39,472 nt of DNA from Massilia sp. (GCA_031999925.1 DAMABW010000002.1:3085-42556), one strand, 5' to 3'; positions 16,955-26,289 are shown, counted from the first letter of the stretch. Notes: a model not told the origin generated them from the letters alone. Translations and numbers: made by a program.

Positions 16955-18300
16955 AGCACATCCGACATATCAGCCTGGCCACGCTGCTGGGCGCCGCCGC
17001 CGCCGTTGCCGTCACTGCCAACGCGGGCGCCGCGCCACAACGCACGCCGGCGCAACCGGCCACCGCGGTCTCGTCGACGGTGGCGCCGCTGGGCGCGCCG
17101 ACTTCCTTCGTGTTCCGCGACACCCCGATCGCCGAACTGTTCGAGATGATCTCGCGCCACGAGCGCGTCAACATCATGCTCGGCAAAGGCGTCACCGGCA
17201 ACGTGGCCGTCAGCCTGTACGACATGACGCCGCGCCAGGCGATCTTCGCGATTGCCGAGGCGGGCGGCTACCAGGTGCTGACGCGCGAGAACGGCTACAT
17301 GATCGTCAACCCGGCCGACGGCGGCGCGGCCGGCACGCCGCCGTCCGTGAACATGGAAGTGCGCGCGTTGAAGGTGCTGTATTCGGAACCGCAGGTGGTG
17401 GCCGACATCCTGTCGAAGCACGTCAGCCGCGGCGGCAAGGTCACCGTGCTGCCGTCTCGGCGCACCTTGGTGGTGGAAGACACGCCGGAAGGCATGGCGC
17501 GCATCGTGGCGCTGCTGCGCGAGATCGACACCCAGCCGCAGCAGATCATGATCGAGGCGAAGATCCTCGAGATCACGCTCGACGAGAACGAGAACTTCGG
17601 TATCGAGTGGAACAAGGTCTTCAGCGGCGACGGCGTGAATCGCATCGGCACCAGCCGCCTGGTCGAGCGCACCACGCCAGGCCTGGTGTTCAACTTCGTG
17701 AACCGGAACGTCGACGTCTTCCTGAATGCGCTGAACAACAAGGGCCGGGTGCGCACCCTGGCCACGCCGAAGCTGCTGACCCTGGAAAACCAGGAAGCGA
17801 CGACGAATATCGGCGACAAACTGGGCTACCGCGTGACGACCACCATTAACAACGTCACCAGCGAAACCATCGAATTCCTCGAGACCGGCGTGATCCTGCG
17901 CGTGACGCCGTCGGTGGATGCCGACGGGCGGATTGCCCTGCGCGTGCGTCCGGAAGTCAGCTCGGGCACCCTGCTGGGCGGCATTCCATCGAAGAAGACC
18001 ACCGAGGTGAACACCCAATTGGTGGCGGAGAACGGGCAATCCATCCTGATCGGCGGCCTGATCAAGGCCACCTCGGGCGTGCGCCGCACCGGCGTGCCGC
18101 TGCTGGGCGACGTGCCCGTGGTCGGCAAACTGTTCACCAACAACGAACACACCGGCACCTCGACCGAGACCGTCGTCCTGATCACACCGCGCATCGTGCC
18201 GACCCGCCCGGCCGGCGCCGACGTGCAGGACATCGAGCGCGTCGAGCAGGCGGCAGGGGAGATCCAGGACGCCTTCAAGGGGCCGGCAACGCTGCGTTAA
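16951..18300 (+). CDS. Outer-membrane secretin (GspD/PilQ/MshL family), short form
   Basis: Signal peptide, N0-like and one N3-like domain, DTQPQQIMIEAKILEI, LATPKLLTLENQEA, ETGVILRVTP, GQSILIGGLI, GVPLLGDVPVVGKLF, LITPRIV. Confidence 0.93.
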   Translation: MKHIRHISLATLLGAAAAVAVTANAGAAPQRTPAQPATAVSSTVAPLGAPTSFVFRDTPIAELFEMISRHERVNIMLGKGVTGNVAVSLYDMTPRQAIFAIAEAGGYQVLTRENGYMIVNPADGGAAGTPPSVNMEVRALKVLYSEPQVVADILSKHVSRGGKVTVLPSRRTLVVEDTPEGMARIVALLREIDTQPQQIMIEAKILEITLDENENFGIEWNKVFSGDGVNRIGTSRLVERTTPGLVFNFVNRNVDVFLNALNNKGRVRTLATPKLLTLENQEATTNIGDKLGYRVTTTINNVTSETIEFLETGVILRVTPSVDADGRIALRVRPEVSSGTLLGGIPSKKTTEVNTQLVAENGQSILIGGLIKATSGVRRTGVPLLGDVPVVGKLFTNNEHTGTSTETVVLITPRIVPTRPAGADVQDIERVEQAAGEIQDAFKGPATLR

Positions 18301-18329
18301 AGCAGCATGCATAAACTGACAACGCATAT

Positions 18330-18346
18330 TGTCGCCAAACTTTACA
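18330..18346 (+). promoter_or_regulatory. Putative enhancer-binding-protein site (TGT-N11-ACA)
   Basis: TGTCGCCAAACTTTACA, about 65-80 bp upstream of a sigma54 -24 element. Confidence 0.6.
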
Positions 18347-18377
18347 CATTCGGAACGCGACTTTTGGTAACGAAAGC

Positions 18378-18390
18378 TAAGTGTTTGTTT
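18378..18390 (-). promoter_or_regulatory. IHF-like site
   Basis: Reverse strand AAACAAACACTTA is one mismatch from WATCAANNNNTTR and lies between the enhancer site and the sigma54 promoter. Confidence 0.5.
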
Positions 18391-18409
18391 TAGCTAATTT
18401 TTATTTAAT

Positions 18410-18425
18410 TGGCACAAACATTGCT
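18410..18425 (+). promoter_or_regulatory. Sigma54 (-24/-12) promoter
   Basis: TGGCACAAACATTGCT, exact GG-N10-GC spacing, 38 bp before the ATG. Confidence 0.88.
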
Positions 18426-18463
18426 CAGCCGATAGATACAACAACTCACTAGGGATATCTATC

Positions 18464-19081
18464 ATGCTGAAAAAGACACTTCTTGCTTCCATGCTCGCCT
18501 TGGCCAGCATTGCCGCCAGCGCCGCGCCGGTGACGTTCACGGTGAATACCACCATCATGCAAGGCCGTGCCCAGGCCGATTATGGCGATTGCGGCGCAAC
18601 CGAGACGGTCAGCCTGTTCCCGAACGGCGGCGGGATCGACCTCGACCCGGGCTGCTCGGGCGACTACCTGAATCTGGCGCTGCTCGGCGGCGGCGTCTTT
18701 GCCACCGTGAACGGGGACGCACTCAAGCTGTTCAACAAAGGCGACATCATCGGCGACGGCAGCATCGGCGAAAATACCGATTCCGCTGGCTGGGCCCACG
18801 CGCTGTACGCGGGTATGCCGTCCTATGGCTGGGAAGAATCCTTCAGCGACCGCTTCCTCGGCTTCATCACGCGCAACGGCAACTACGGCTATGTCAGCGC
18901 CGACTGGGACTACAACAGCCGCACCGGCATCGGCATCCTGAGCCTGGGCCAGGGCGCGTTGGAGTCGGAACGCGGCGTCGGCATCGCCGCCGTGGGCGAA
19001 GTGCCGGAACCGGCATCGCTGGCCCTGCTCGGCCTGGGGCTGCTGGGGGCGGGTGCGGCACGCCGCCGCAAGCAGAAGTAA
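18464..19081 (+). CDS. PEP-CTERM sorting-domain surface protein
   Basis: Sec signal (ASA|APV) and C-terminal VPEPASLALLGLGLLGAGAARRRKQK. Confidence 0.93.
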   Translation: MLKKTLLASMLALASIAASAAPVTFTVNTTIMQGRAQADYGDCGATETVSLFPNGGGIDLDPGCSGDYLNLALLGGGVFATVNGDALKLFNKGDIIGDGSIGENTDSAGWAHALYAGMPSYGWEESFSDRFLGFITRNGNYGYVSADWDYNSRTGIGILSLGQGALESERGVGIAAVGEVPEPASLALLGLGLLGAGAARRRKQK

Positions 19082-19097
19082 TCAAGTGACGCACCAT

Positions 19098-19127
19098 GAA
19101 AAATGGCCTCGGAAGAGGCCATTTTTC
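19098..19127. terminator. Intrinsic terminator, probably bidirectional
   Basis: GAAAAATGGCCTC-GGAA-GAGGCCATTTTTC between the convergent PEP-CTERM gene and lipA. Confidence 0.82.
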
Positions 19128-19164
19128 GTTCGAGGTCATTTTTTCGTTCAAGGTCGTGCATGCA

Positions 19165-19240
19165 ATGGTGGGTTCGAGAACCCACCCTACGTCCATGCGT
19201 TCCAACCGGGGTCGGTAGGGTGGGTTCTCGAACCCACCAT
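19165..19240. repeat. Inverted REP doublet (family B)
   Basis: GTAGGGTGGGTTCTCGAACCCACCAT as reverse complement at 19165-19190 and forward at 19215-19240; 24-bp spacer. Confidence 0.88.
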
Positions 19241-19245
19241 GCCAA

Positions 19246-20280
19246 TCAGGCCGCCGCCACGCCGGCGTTGTGCGCCTGCTGGTCGGCGTGGTACGACGAA
19301 CGCACCATCGCGCCCACGGCCGCGTGCACGAAGCCCATCTCGTAGGCCGCTTCCTCGAACTTCTTGAACTGGTCCGGGTGTACGTAGCGGCGCACCGGCA
19401 GGTGCGAATTCGACGGCGCCAGGTACTGGCCGATGGTCAGCATGTCGATGTCGTGCTCGCGCATGTCGCGCATCACTTGCAGGATCTCTTCGTCGGTCTC
19501 GCCCAGGCCGACCATGATGCCCGACTTGGTGACGGCGTTCGGGTACATCTTTTTAAAATCGCGCAGCAGCACCAGCGAGTGCTTGTAGTCGGCGCCCGGG
19601 CGCGCTTCCTTGTACAGGCGCGGCACGGTTTCCAGGTTGTGGTTCATCACGTCCGGCAAGCCGTCGGCGAAAATGTTCAGGGCCTTTTCCAGGCGGCCGC
19701 GGAAGTCCGGTACCAGCACTTCGATCTTGGTGTTCGGCGACAGGGCGCGGGTCTTGGTGATGCACTCGACGAAGTGGCCGGCGCCGCCGTCGCGCAGGTC
19801 GTCACGGTCGACCGAGGTGATCACGACATACGACAGGCGCAGGTCGGCGATGGTCTTGGCCAGGTTGCCTGGTTCGTTCACGTCGAGCGGGTCGGGACGG
19901 CCGTGGCCGACGTCGCAGAACGGGCAGCGGCGCGTGCACTTGTCGCCCATGATCATGAAGGTCGCGGTGCCCTTGCCGAAGCATTCGCCGATGTTCGGGC
20001 AGCTGGCTTCCTCGCACACGGTGACCAGGTTGTTCGCGCGCAGGATGTCCTTGATTTCGTAGAAACGCGAGGAGGCGGTGGCCGCCTTGACGCGGATCCA
20101 GTCCGGCTTTTTCAGGCGCTCGGCGTCGGCGATCGGCACGATCTTGATCGGGATGCGCGACGTCTTGCTGGCGCCTTTCTGCTTGTCGCTGGCGTTGTAG
20201 GCAGCGCCAGGTGCGGCGCTGTTCGCAGCGTCGTTGGCAGGAGTCAGAACGGTATCGGTGTCGGTAGTCATGTCGCTCAT
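19246..20280 (-). CDS. lipA: Lipoyl synthase
   Basis: [48 protein letters not shown]. Confidence 0.97.
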   Translation of the reverse strand: MSDMTTDTDTVLTPANDAANSAAPGAAYNASDKQKGASKTSRIPIKIVPIADAERLKKPDWIRVKAATASSRFYEIKDILRANNLVTVCEEASCPNIGECFGKGTATFMIMGDKCTRRCPFCDVGHGRPDPLDVNEPGNLAKTIADLRLSYVVITSVDRDDLRDGGAGHFVECITKTRALSPNTKIEVLVPDFRGRLEKALNIFADGLPDVMNHNLETVPRLYKEARPGADYKHSLVLLRDFKKMYPNAVTKSGIMVGLGETDEEILQVMRDMREHDIDMLTIGQYLAPSNSHLPVRRYVHPDQFKKFEEAAYEMGFVHAAVGAMVRSSYHADQQAHNAGVAAA

Positions 20281-20990
20281 GCCCGCAGGGGCTCAATTGA
20301 ATTGTTCGGTTCGGCAGGATCGGATGCCAGCTGGCGTACCAGTTCGCGCGCCAATGCTTGCTGCACGTCGGCCAGCGGCGCTTCGACGCCCATGGTACGC
20401 ATGTCGACCGTGGCCAGGCCAGAATAGCCGCAGGGATTGATCCACGAGAACGGCGCCAGGTCCATCGCCACGTTCAGCGAGACCCCGTGATAGGTGCAGC
20501 CGTTGCCGCGTACTTTCAAGCCGAGGGCGGCGATCTTCGCACCGCGGCGCGGGCCTTCGGCGATATAGATGCCGGGCGCGCCGGCGACGCGTTCGCCCCC
20601 GAGATTATACGCCGCCAGGACATCGATGACCGCCTGTTCGATTTTTGCCACAAATTGTCGGGCATACAATTTACCGCCCGGCTTGTTGCGGCGCAGGTCC
20701 ATCAGCAGGTAGATCACTACCTGGCCGGGGCCATGGTAGGTGACCTCGCCGCCGCGGTCGGTCTGCACCACGGGAATGTCGTGCGCCGGCACGCCGGGGC
20801 CGGCCAGCAAATGCGCGCGGTCGGCGCCCAGGCCCAGCGTGAACACCGGCGGGTGCTCGACGATCCACAATTCGTCGGGCGTGTCGGGCGTGCGCGCATC
20901 GGTGAACGTGCGCATGGCGGCAAAGGTCGGTTCGTAGTCGGCGCGGCCGAGCGCGCGGATGAGCGGGCTGGCGGGACGGGTCGGGTGCAT
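20277..20990 (-). CDS. lipB: Lipoyl(octanoyl) transferase
   Basis: [45 protein letters not shown]; start taken at ATG 20990 (uncertain). Confidence 0.95.
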   Translation of the reverse strand: MHPTRPASPLIRALGRADYEPTFAAMRTFTDARTPDTPDELWIVEHPPVFTLGLGADRAHLLAGPGVPAHDIPVVQTDRGGEVTYHGPGQVVIYLLMDLRRNKPGGKLYARQFVAKIEQAVIDVLAAYNLGGERVAGAPGIYIAEGPRRGAKIAALGLKVRGNGCTYHGVSLNVAMDLAPFSWINPCGYSGLATVDMRTMGVEAPLADVQQALARELVRQLASDPAEPNNSIEPLRA

Positions 20991-21023
20991 GGGAGTCTGG
21001 TCAGGGATGGTGACAGCCCCGAC

Positions 21024-21029
21024 ATTATA
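21024..21029 (-). promoter_or_regulatory. Possible sigma70 -10 element for lipB-lipA
   Basis: Perfect TATAAT on the minus strand 33 bp upstream of the lipB ATG; no clear -35. Confidence 0.35.
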
Positions 21030-21072
21030 TGCCAGGGCCCCCGGCACTGCCGGGGCCAGGCTGGATAGTTCC

Positions 21073-21339
21073 TTAAAGAACGATCTTGACCATCGGGTGC
21101 GACGACAGGGTGCGGTAGATGTCGTCGAGCTGCTCGCGGCTGGTGGCGCGCACGATGCAGGTCAGGCCGGTGTAGTTGCCCTTGCCGGAAGGACGCACTT
21201 CCATGCGGCCATGGTGGAAGGTCGGGTCGAACCCGGTGACCACTTCGACGATGGTGGCGGCAAAGGCGTCGTGCGTCGGGCCCATGACCTTGATCGGGAA
21301 GTCGCTCGGGTATTCGATGAGGGATTCTTTCGGGTCCAT
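21073..21339 (-). CDS. ybeD: YbeD/DUF493 family protein
   Basis: [37 protein letters not shown]...VKIVL; directly upstream of lipB. Confidence 0.93.
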   Translation of the reverse strand: MDPKESLIEYPSDFPIKVMGPTHDAFAATIVEVVTGFDPTFHHGRMEVRPSGKGNYTGLTCIVRATSREQLDDIYRTLSSHPMVKIVL

Positions 21340-21471
21340 TGTTCAATTCCTGTGCAAAAGGACATTGTAGCGAATGCGGAAGAAGAACGTGCCGGGCAAG
21401 CTGGTTGAAGCTGCTCCGCCCGGCACGGGACCGGTCCGTCGCGCCGGGCCGGCCGTGGATCAGCGTTCCAT

Positions 21472-23517
21472 CTAGCGCACGCCACCGCGGCGCCCGCCAT
21501 CGTCGGCACTGCGCGACGGTGGCGGCGAGCGGCGCTCCGGCGCGGCGGCGGGCGGCGGCTCGGGACGTGGGGCAGGCGCGGCGCGCGGCGCGGGTTCCGG
21601 ACGCGGCGGTGGCGGGGCGATTGCAGCCGGGGCCGGGGCCTGGCGCGCCGCCTGCTGCTGGGCACGCGCCGCCGCCGCCGCAGCTGCCGCTTCCATGGCG
21701 CCGGCGCTGCCGAAGCGGCCTGCGTCGCGCGGCACGTCGCGTGGCGTTTCGCGCTGGATGTCGCGCATATCGCGCCGTATGTCACGCTGCACCTCGCGCT
21801 GCATCTCGCGCACCGTATCGCGCGATACGTCGCGCGCCGGGTTGCGCTGCGGTTCCGGCTGGACGCCCAGGGTCGGCGCCGGCACCGTGACCACCGGGCG
21901 TGGGGCTACCGGCGCGTCAAGCTCGGCACGTTGCTGGAAGCGATTACGCCGGTTTTCCTCGAATGCGGTGCGCGCCTCGCTGCGGATGCGGTCGTCGCGC
22001 CCGCCGCCGACGATCATCTGCGGGGTGCTGCCGATCACGCCCGGCTGGGCGACGCCAGGCGCGGCCGGCGCCGGCACGGCCGGTGCGATCGTCGCCACCG
22101 GCGCCGGCTGGGCGGCCTGGACCGGCACCGGCCGGTTGCCGCGTCCGCCGTAGTCGGGACGGTTGTTGTCGGGGCGGCCATCCTGGCGGGCGGCGGCGCG
22201 GGCAGCCTCGGCGGCCGAACGCGCGGCGTCGCGTACGTTCGCGCCCTGGCCGATGCTGCCGAACTTCACCGGCGGCGTGGGCGGCAGCGCCACCGGAGCG
22301 CGCTGCCAGTTGGCCGGCGGGGTGGCACGCGGTTCGCGCGGCACGATCACTTCGCCGCGCTGGCCGAAGCGGTCCTGCGGCACCACGGTCAGGCCTTCGC
22401 GCCGGTAGTCGCGCTTTCTGCCGTCGTTCTTGCCGTCGCGTCCGCGCGCCGCCTGCCAGGCCAGGCGCCGCAGGTGGTCGTCCGACAGCCGGTAGCCCGG
22501 TACGAAGCGTTCGTGCGGCGCCAGCGGATACCAGCCCTGGCCGGCGGACGGACGCGAATTGAAGTTCAGGTTCCAGCCGGCGCCGCCGACCCAGCCGACC
22601 AGGGCCGGCGCCCATACCGGACGGCGCTCGTGGTGGCCCGGCGCCCAGGCCCAGCGCCGGTTCACCTGCACCCAGCGGCCATAGTGGAAGGGCGCGTAAC
22701 CCCAGGGCGCGTTGTCGACCCAGGTCCAGCCCCAGGGCGCGATCCAGGTCCAGCGGCCGTCGCGGTAGGGCACCCAGGTCGACGATACCGAAGGCATCCA
22801 GAGGGCGCCGTATTCGTTGTCGTTGCTCCAGCTGCCGTAGCGGTCGAGGTCTTCGTAGCCCGTCATTTCGCGCGGGATGTAGCGGGTGGCGAGCACGGCG
22901 TCGGCCTGGCGATCGCGTTCGCGGGCCCAGTCGTCGAAGGCATCGGCCAGGGCCGGTGCGGTGCGCAAATCCGGCCCGGCGATGTCGGCGCGGCGTCCGG
23001 CACGGATGGTCAGGCGCTCGCCGCCGCCTTCGACGATGGCGACGCCGTCGAAGACATTCACGCTGCTGGTGTCGGCGCGCAGCCCGGCATCCACGCGCAG
23101 GCGTCCGGCTTCCTGCAGCGTCACCCGGCCCTGGGGCGTGGACAACTCGAAACCGGCCAGCACCTCGGGATTCACGATGCGGATGTTGACGCTGCCGTAG
23201 TGCAGGTGCAGGCGCAGGTTGTCGTCATCGAGCTGGATCACGTCGAGGCTGGAGTCGCCGTCGAGGCGGATCGCACTCGAGCCGATGCGCAGCTCGGTGC
23301 GCGCTCCCTGGGCCGTGGTCACGGTGTTGCTGGAGGTGACAGGCCAGTTGACCAGGGCCGTGCTGGCGCCTTCCCCTTGCCCGGCGCTGATGCTGACCTG
23401 GCCCTGGGTCAGGGCGATGCGGCCGACCTGGGACGGCGGGTCGTCCGCCAGCGCAAAAGTGGAAGTGACCGCCAACGCCAGGAGCGCAGCGGTTTTCATC
23501 AGAAAGCGTGGTTTCAT
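21472..23517 (-). CDS. Exported FecR-like + DUF6600 protein with a long low-complexity tail
   Basis: Signal peptide ALA|DDPP; LVNWPV...TELRIG...LHYGSV (FecR-like); DLDRYGSW...WVPYRDGRW...GWTWVDNAPWGYAPFHYGRW...WAPALVGW; Pro/Arg/Ala-rich C-terminus. Confidence 0.82.
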   Translation of the reverse strand: MKPRFLMKTAALLALAVTSTFALADDPPSQVGRIALTQGQVSISAGQGEGASTALVNWPVTSSNTVTTAQGARTELRIGSSAIRLDGDSSLDVIQLDDDNLRLHLHYGSVNIRIVNPEVLAGFELSTPQGRVTLQEAGRLRVDAGLRADTSSVNVFDGVAIVEGGGERLTIRAGRRADIAGPDLRTAPALADAFDDWARERDRQADAVLATRYIPREMTGYEDLDRYGSWSNDNEYGALWMPSVSSTWVPYRDGRWTWIAPWGWTWVDNAPWGYAPFHYGRWVQVNRRWAWAPGHHERRPVWAPALVGWVGGAGWNLNFNSRPSAGQGWYPLAPHERFVPGYRLSDDHLRRLAWQAARGRDGKNDGRKRDYRREGLTVVPQDRFGQRGEVIVPREPRATPPANWQRAPVALPPTPPVKFGSIGQGANVRDAARSAAEAARAAARQDGRPDNNRPDYGGRGNRPVPVQAAQPAPVATIAPAVPAPAAPGVAQPGVIGSTPQMIVGGGRDDRIRSEARTAFEENRRNRFQQRAELDAPVAPRPVVTVPAPTLGVQPEPQRNPARDVSRDTVREMQREVQRDIRRDMRDIQRETPRDVPRDAGRFGSAGAMEAAAAAAAARAQQQAARQAPAPAAIAPPPPRPEPAPRAAPAPRPEPPPAAAPERRSPPPSRSADDGGRRGGVR

Positions 23518-23655
23518 CGAAGGCTCCAGGGAGGGGACGGAAGGCGTCTACCTGATTACAACGCACGAGGAGGTACGCGGACAACGCGGGTTACAGACGG
23601 TTTCAACTTGTGTATGAGCGAAACATACACGGGTTCGCCGAAGCCGTGAAACACC

Positions 23656-24297
23656 TCAGTGCGCGCCTGCTCGCTTCACGAAAAACAGCATCGAACCGAC
23701 CACGACCAGCACCGCGCCGAAGAAGCGGTTCTGGATGCGCATCGCACGCGCATCGCGGAACAGGCGCTGCATCGACGACGCCAGGAAAGCGTAGCCATGC
23801 ATGACCAGGCTGTCGATGGTGACCATGGTCACGCCCAGGATCAGCAGCTGCGGCAGCAGCGGCGCATCCTTGGAAATGAACTGCGGCAGCACCGCGACCA
23901 TGAAGATGATGCCCTTCGGGTTGGTGGCGTTGGTCAGGAAACCGGTCAGCACGCGCTTTTTGAAGGGCGGATGGGCGGCCAGGCCAGCGGCGCTGGCGGT
24001 GGGGCCGGCCTCGGCCTTCGAGCGCATTTGCGAGATGCCGAGATAAATCAGGTACAGCGCGCCGATCACTTTCACCACGGTGAAGGCGGTTTCCGAGGCC
24101 AGCAGCAGCGAACCGACGCCGGCGCCGGCGATCGCCAGCACCATGATCAGGCCCAACTGCAGGCCGAGCACGGTGGCGCTGGCTTTCTTCACCCCGTAGG
24201 CGAGGCCGTGCGACATCGACAGCACGGCGCCCGATCCCGGCGAAATGGCGATGACAGTGCCGGCAATGACGAAGGCAAACCAGGTGGCGAAAGACAT
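23656..24297 (-). CDS. LysE/RhtB-family amino acid exporter
   Basis: ISPGSGAVLSMSHGL, GAGVGSLL, GALYLIYLG, GFLTNATNPKGIIF; RhtB-like; start ATG 24297. Confidence 0.9.
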   Translation of the reverse strand: MSFATWFAFVIAGTVIAISPGSGAVLSMSHGLAYGVKKASATVLGLQLGLIMVLAIAGAGVGSLLLASETAFTVVKVIGALYLIYLGISQMRSKAEAGPTASAAGLAAHPPFKKRVLTGFLTNATNPKGIIFMVAVLPQFISKDAPLLPQLLILGVTMVTIDSLVMHGYAFLASSMQRLFRDARAMRIQNRFFGAVLVVVGSMLFFVKRAGAH

Positions 24298-24391
24298 GGA
24301 GGAACTCGGAAGGGAAAAGAGGAAGAACGGGAATACTGACACAGCCGGCGCGGGGACGTGGGCCGCCGCGCCTGCCGTGGGAAAGACGGGA

Positions 24392-24676
24392 TTACTTCTT
24401 GCGCGGGTTGACGGCGGCCTTCAGGGTCGCACCGGCAGCGAAACGCGGGGTTTTCGACGCGGCGATCTTGATGACTTCGCCGGTTGCCGGGTTGCGGCCT
24501 TTGCGGGCTGCGCGCTTGGTCACCGAGAAGGTGCCGAAGCCGGTGATACCGACGGTGTCGCCTTTTTTCAGACGTTCGGTGATGATCTCGATGATGGTGT
24601 TGACCGCGCTGTTGGCCGCGGTACCGGACATTTCGGTACGCTTGGCAAATTCAGCGACCAGTTCGCCTTTTTTCAT
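24392..24676 (-). CDS. HU-family DNA-binding protein
   Basis: MKKGELV, GFGTF, RAARKGRNPATGE, F..GATLKAAVN; GGAGG RBS. Confidence 0.93.
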   Translation of the reverse strand: MKKGELVAEFAKRTEMSGTAANSAVNTIIEIITERLKKGDTVGITGFGTFSVTKRAARKGRNPATGEVIKIAASKTPRFAAGATLKAAVNPRKK

Positions 24677-24703
24677 GGTGCCTCCGGGGTTGAAAGAGCG
24701 GAA

Positions 24704-24712
24704 AGATTAGCA
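24704..24712 (-). promoter_or_regulatory. Possible extended -10 promoter of the HU gene
   Basis: TGCTAATCT (TGn-TAnnnT) on the minus strand in AT-rich sequence 27 bp upstream of the ATG. Confidence 0.4.
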
Positions 24713-24801
24713 TAAAAAATTCTCAGCTGTAATCTTTCGCACGGCCGTGCGCGACGGCCGTGTTTTCCCGGGACGGCTGGAAATACAGGCGTTCTGTGAA
24801 A

Positions 24802-24829
24802 GTAGGGTGGGCACTCCTGTGCCCACGCG
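24802..24829 (+). repeat. Single REP (family A)
   Basis: GTAGGGTGGGCACTCCTGTGCCCACGCG. Confidence 0.85.
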
Positions 24830-24872
24830 TGATTGTTAGCGCAAATTTATCCGGCAAGACGATGTTGTGTTG

Positions 24873-25115
24873 TCAGAGAAGTCCAACATCCAGCTTGGCG
24901 CCCGCCAGGCGAGTGCGCAGCGCGGCATTGATCAGCGTCTGGTAGCCGGTACCCGAGCGCTCCGACAGGTTGCGGAACTCGTCGAGCACCTCGTCGTCGA
25001 GGTAGATGGTGATGCGGGTCTTGCGCTTCGGCGGACGGGTGCGGCGCACCGGGGCGGCGGCCTGGGGCATGGATTGCGATGCTGGCGATGCGGCTTGGGT
25101 CATGGTCGGGTTCAT
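24873..25115 (-). CDS. BrnA-family antitoxin-like ribbon-helix-helix protein (orphan)
   Basis: KTRITIYLDDEVLDEFR...GTGYQTLINAALR is the BrnA signature; AAGGAG RBS before ATG 25115. Confidence 0.82.
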   Translation of the reverse strand: MNPTMTQAASPASQSMPQAAAPVRRTRPPKRKTRITIYLDDEVLDEFRNLSERSGTGYQTLINAALRTRLAGAKLDVGLL

Positions 25116-25316
25116 CCTGGTCTCCTTCGTCTGGGCGAAGCTGCCGTGGCGCAGCTCTTGATGATGGACTATACGTATGCCCGGCGCGCGCCGCTGGCGA
25201 AAGCGACGAGTTGCAGTTTTTCGCACCTGAAATGCAGGAAAAACGCGCTGAACTGTGTGCTCACGGGTACTGAGCTCGGTTAAGATGCTGCCATATTGAT
25301 ATCAAGGAGCAGGTTC

Positions 25317-26261
<945 letters not shown>

Positions 26262-26289
26262 GCGCTGTTCGATTGTTCCAGCGCTGTCG

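Noticed and set aside
3154..18300. Assigning gene symbols such as gspE/F/G/D, mshE/G/L or pilB/C/M/N/O/Q
   Set aside because: Families are clear, but orthology to a named system cannot be decided without phylogeny because the cluster mixes T2SS, MSHA and T4aP traits
3000..19240. Filament cluster as a mobile genomic island
   Set aside because: No integrase, transposase, tRNA or flanking direct repeats; codon style of most genes matches the surroundings
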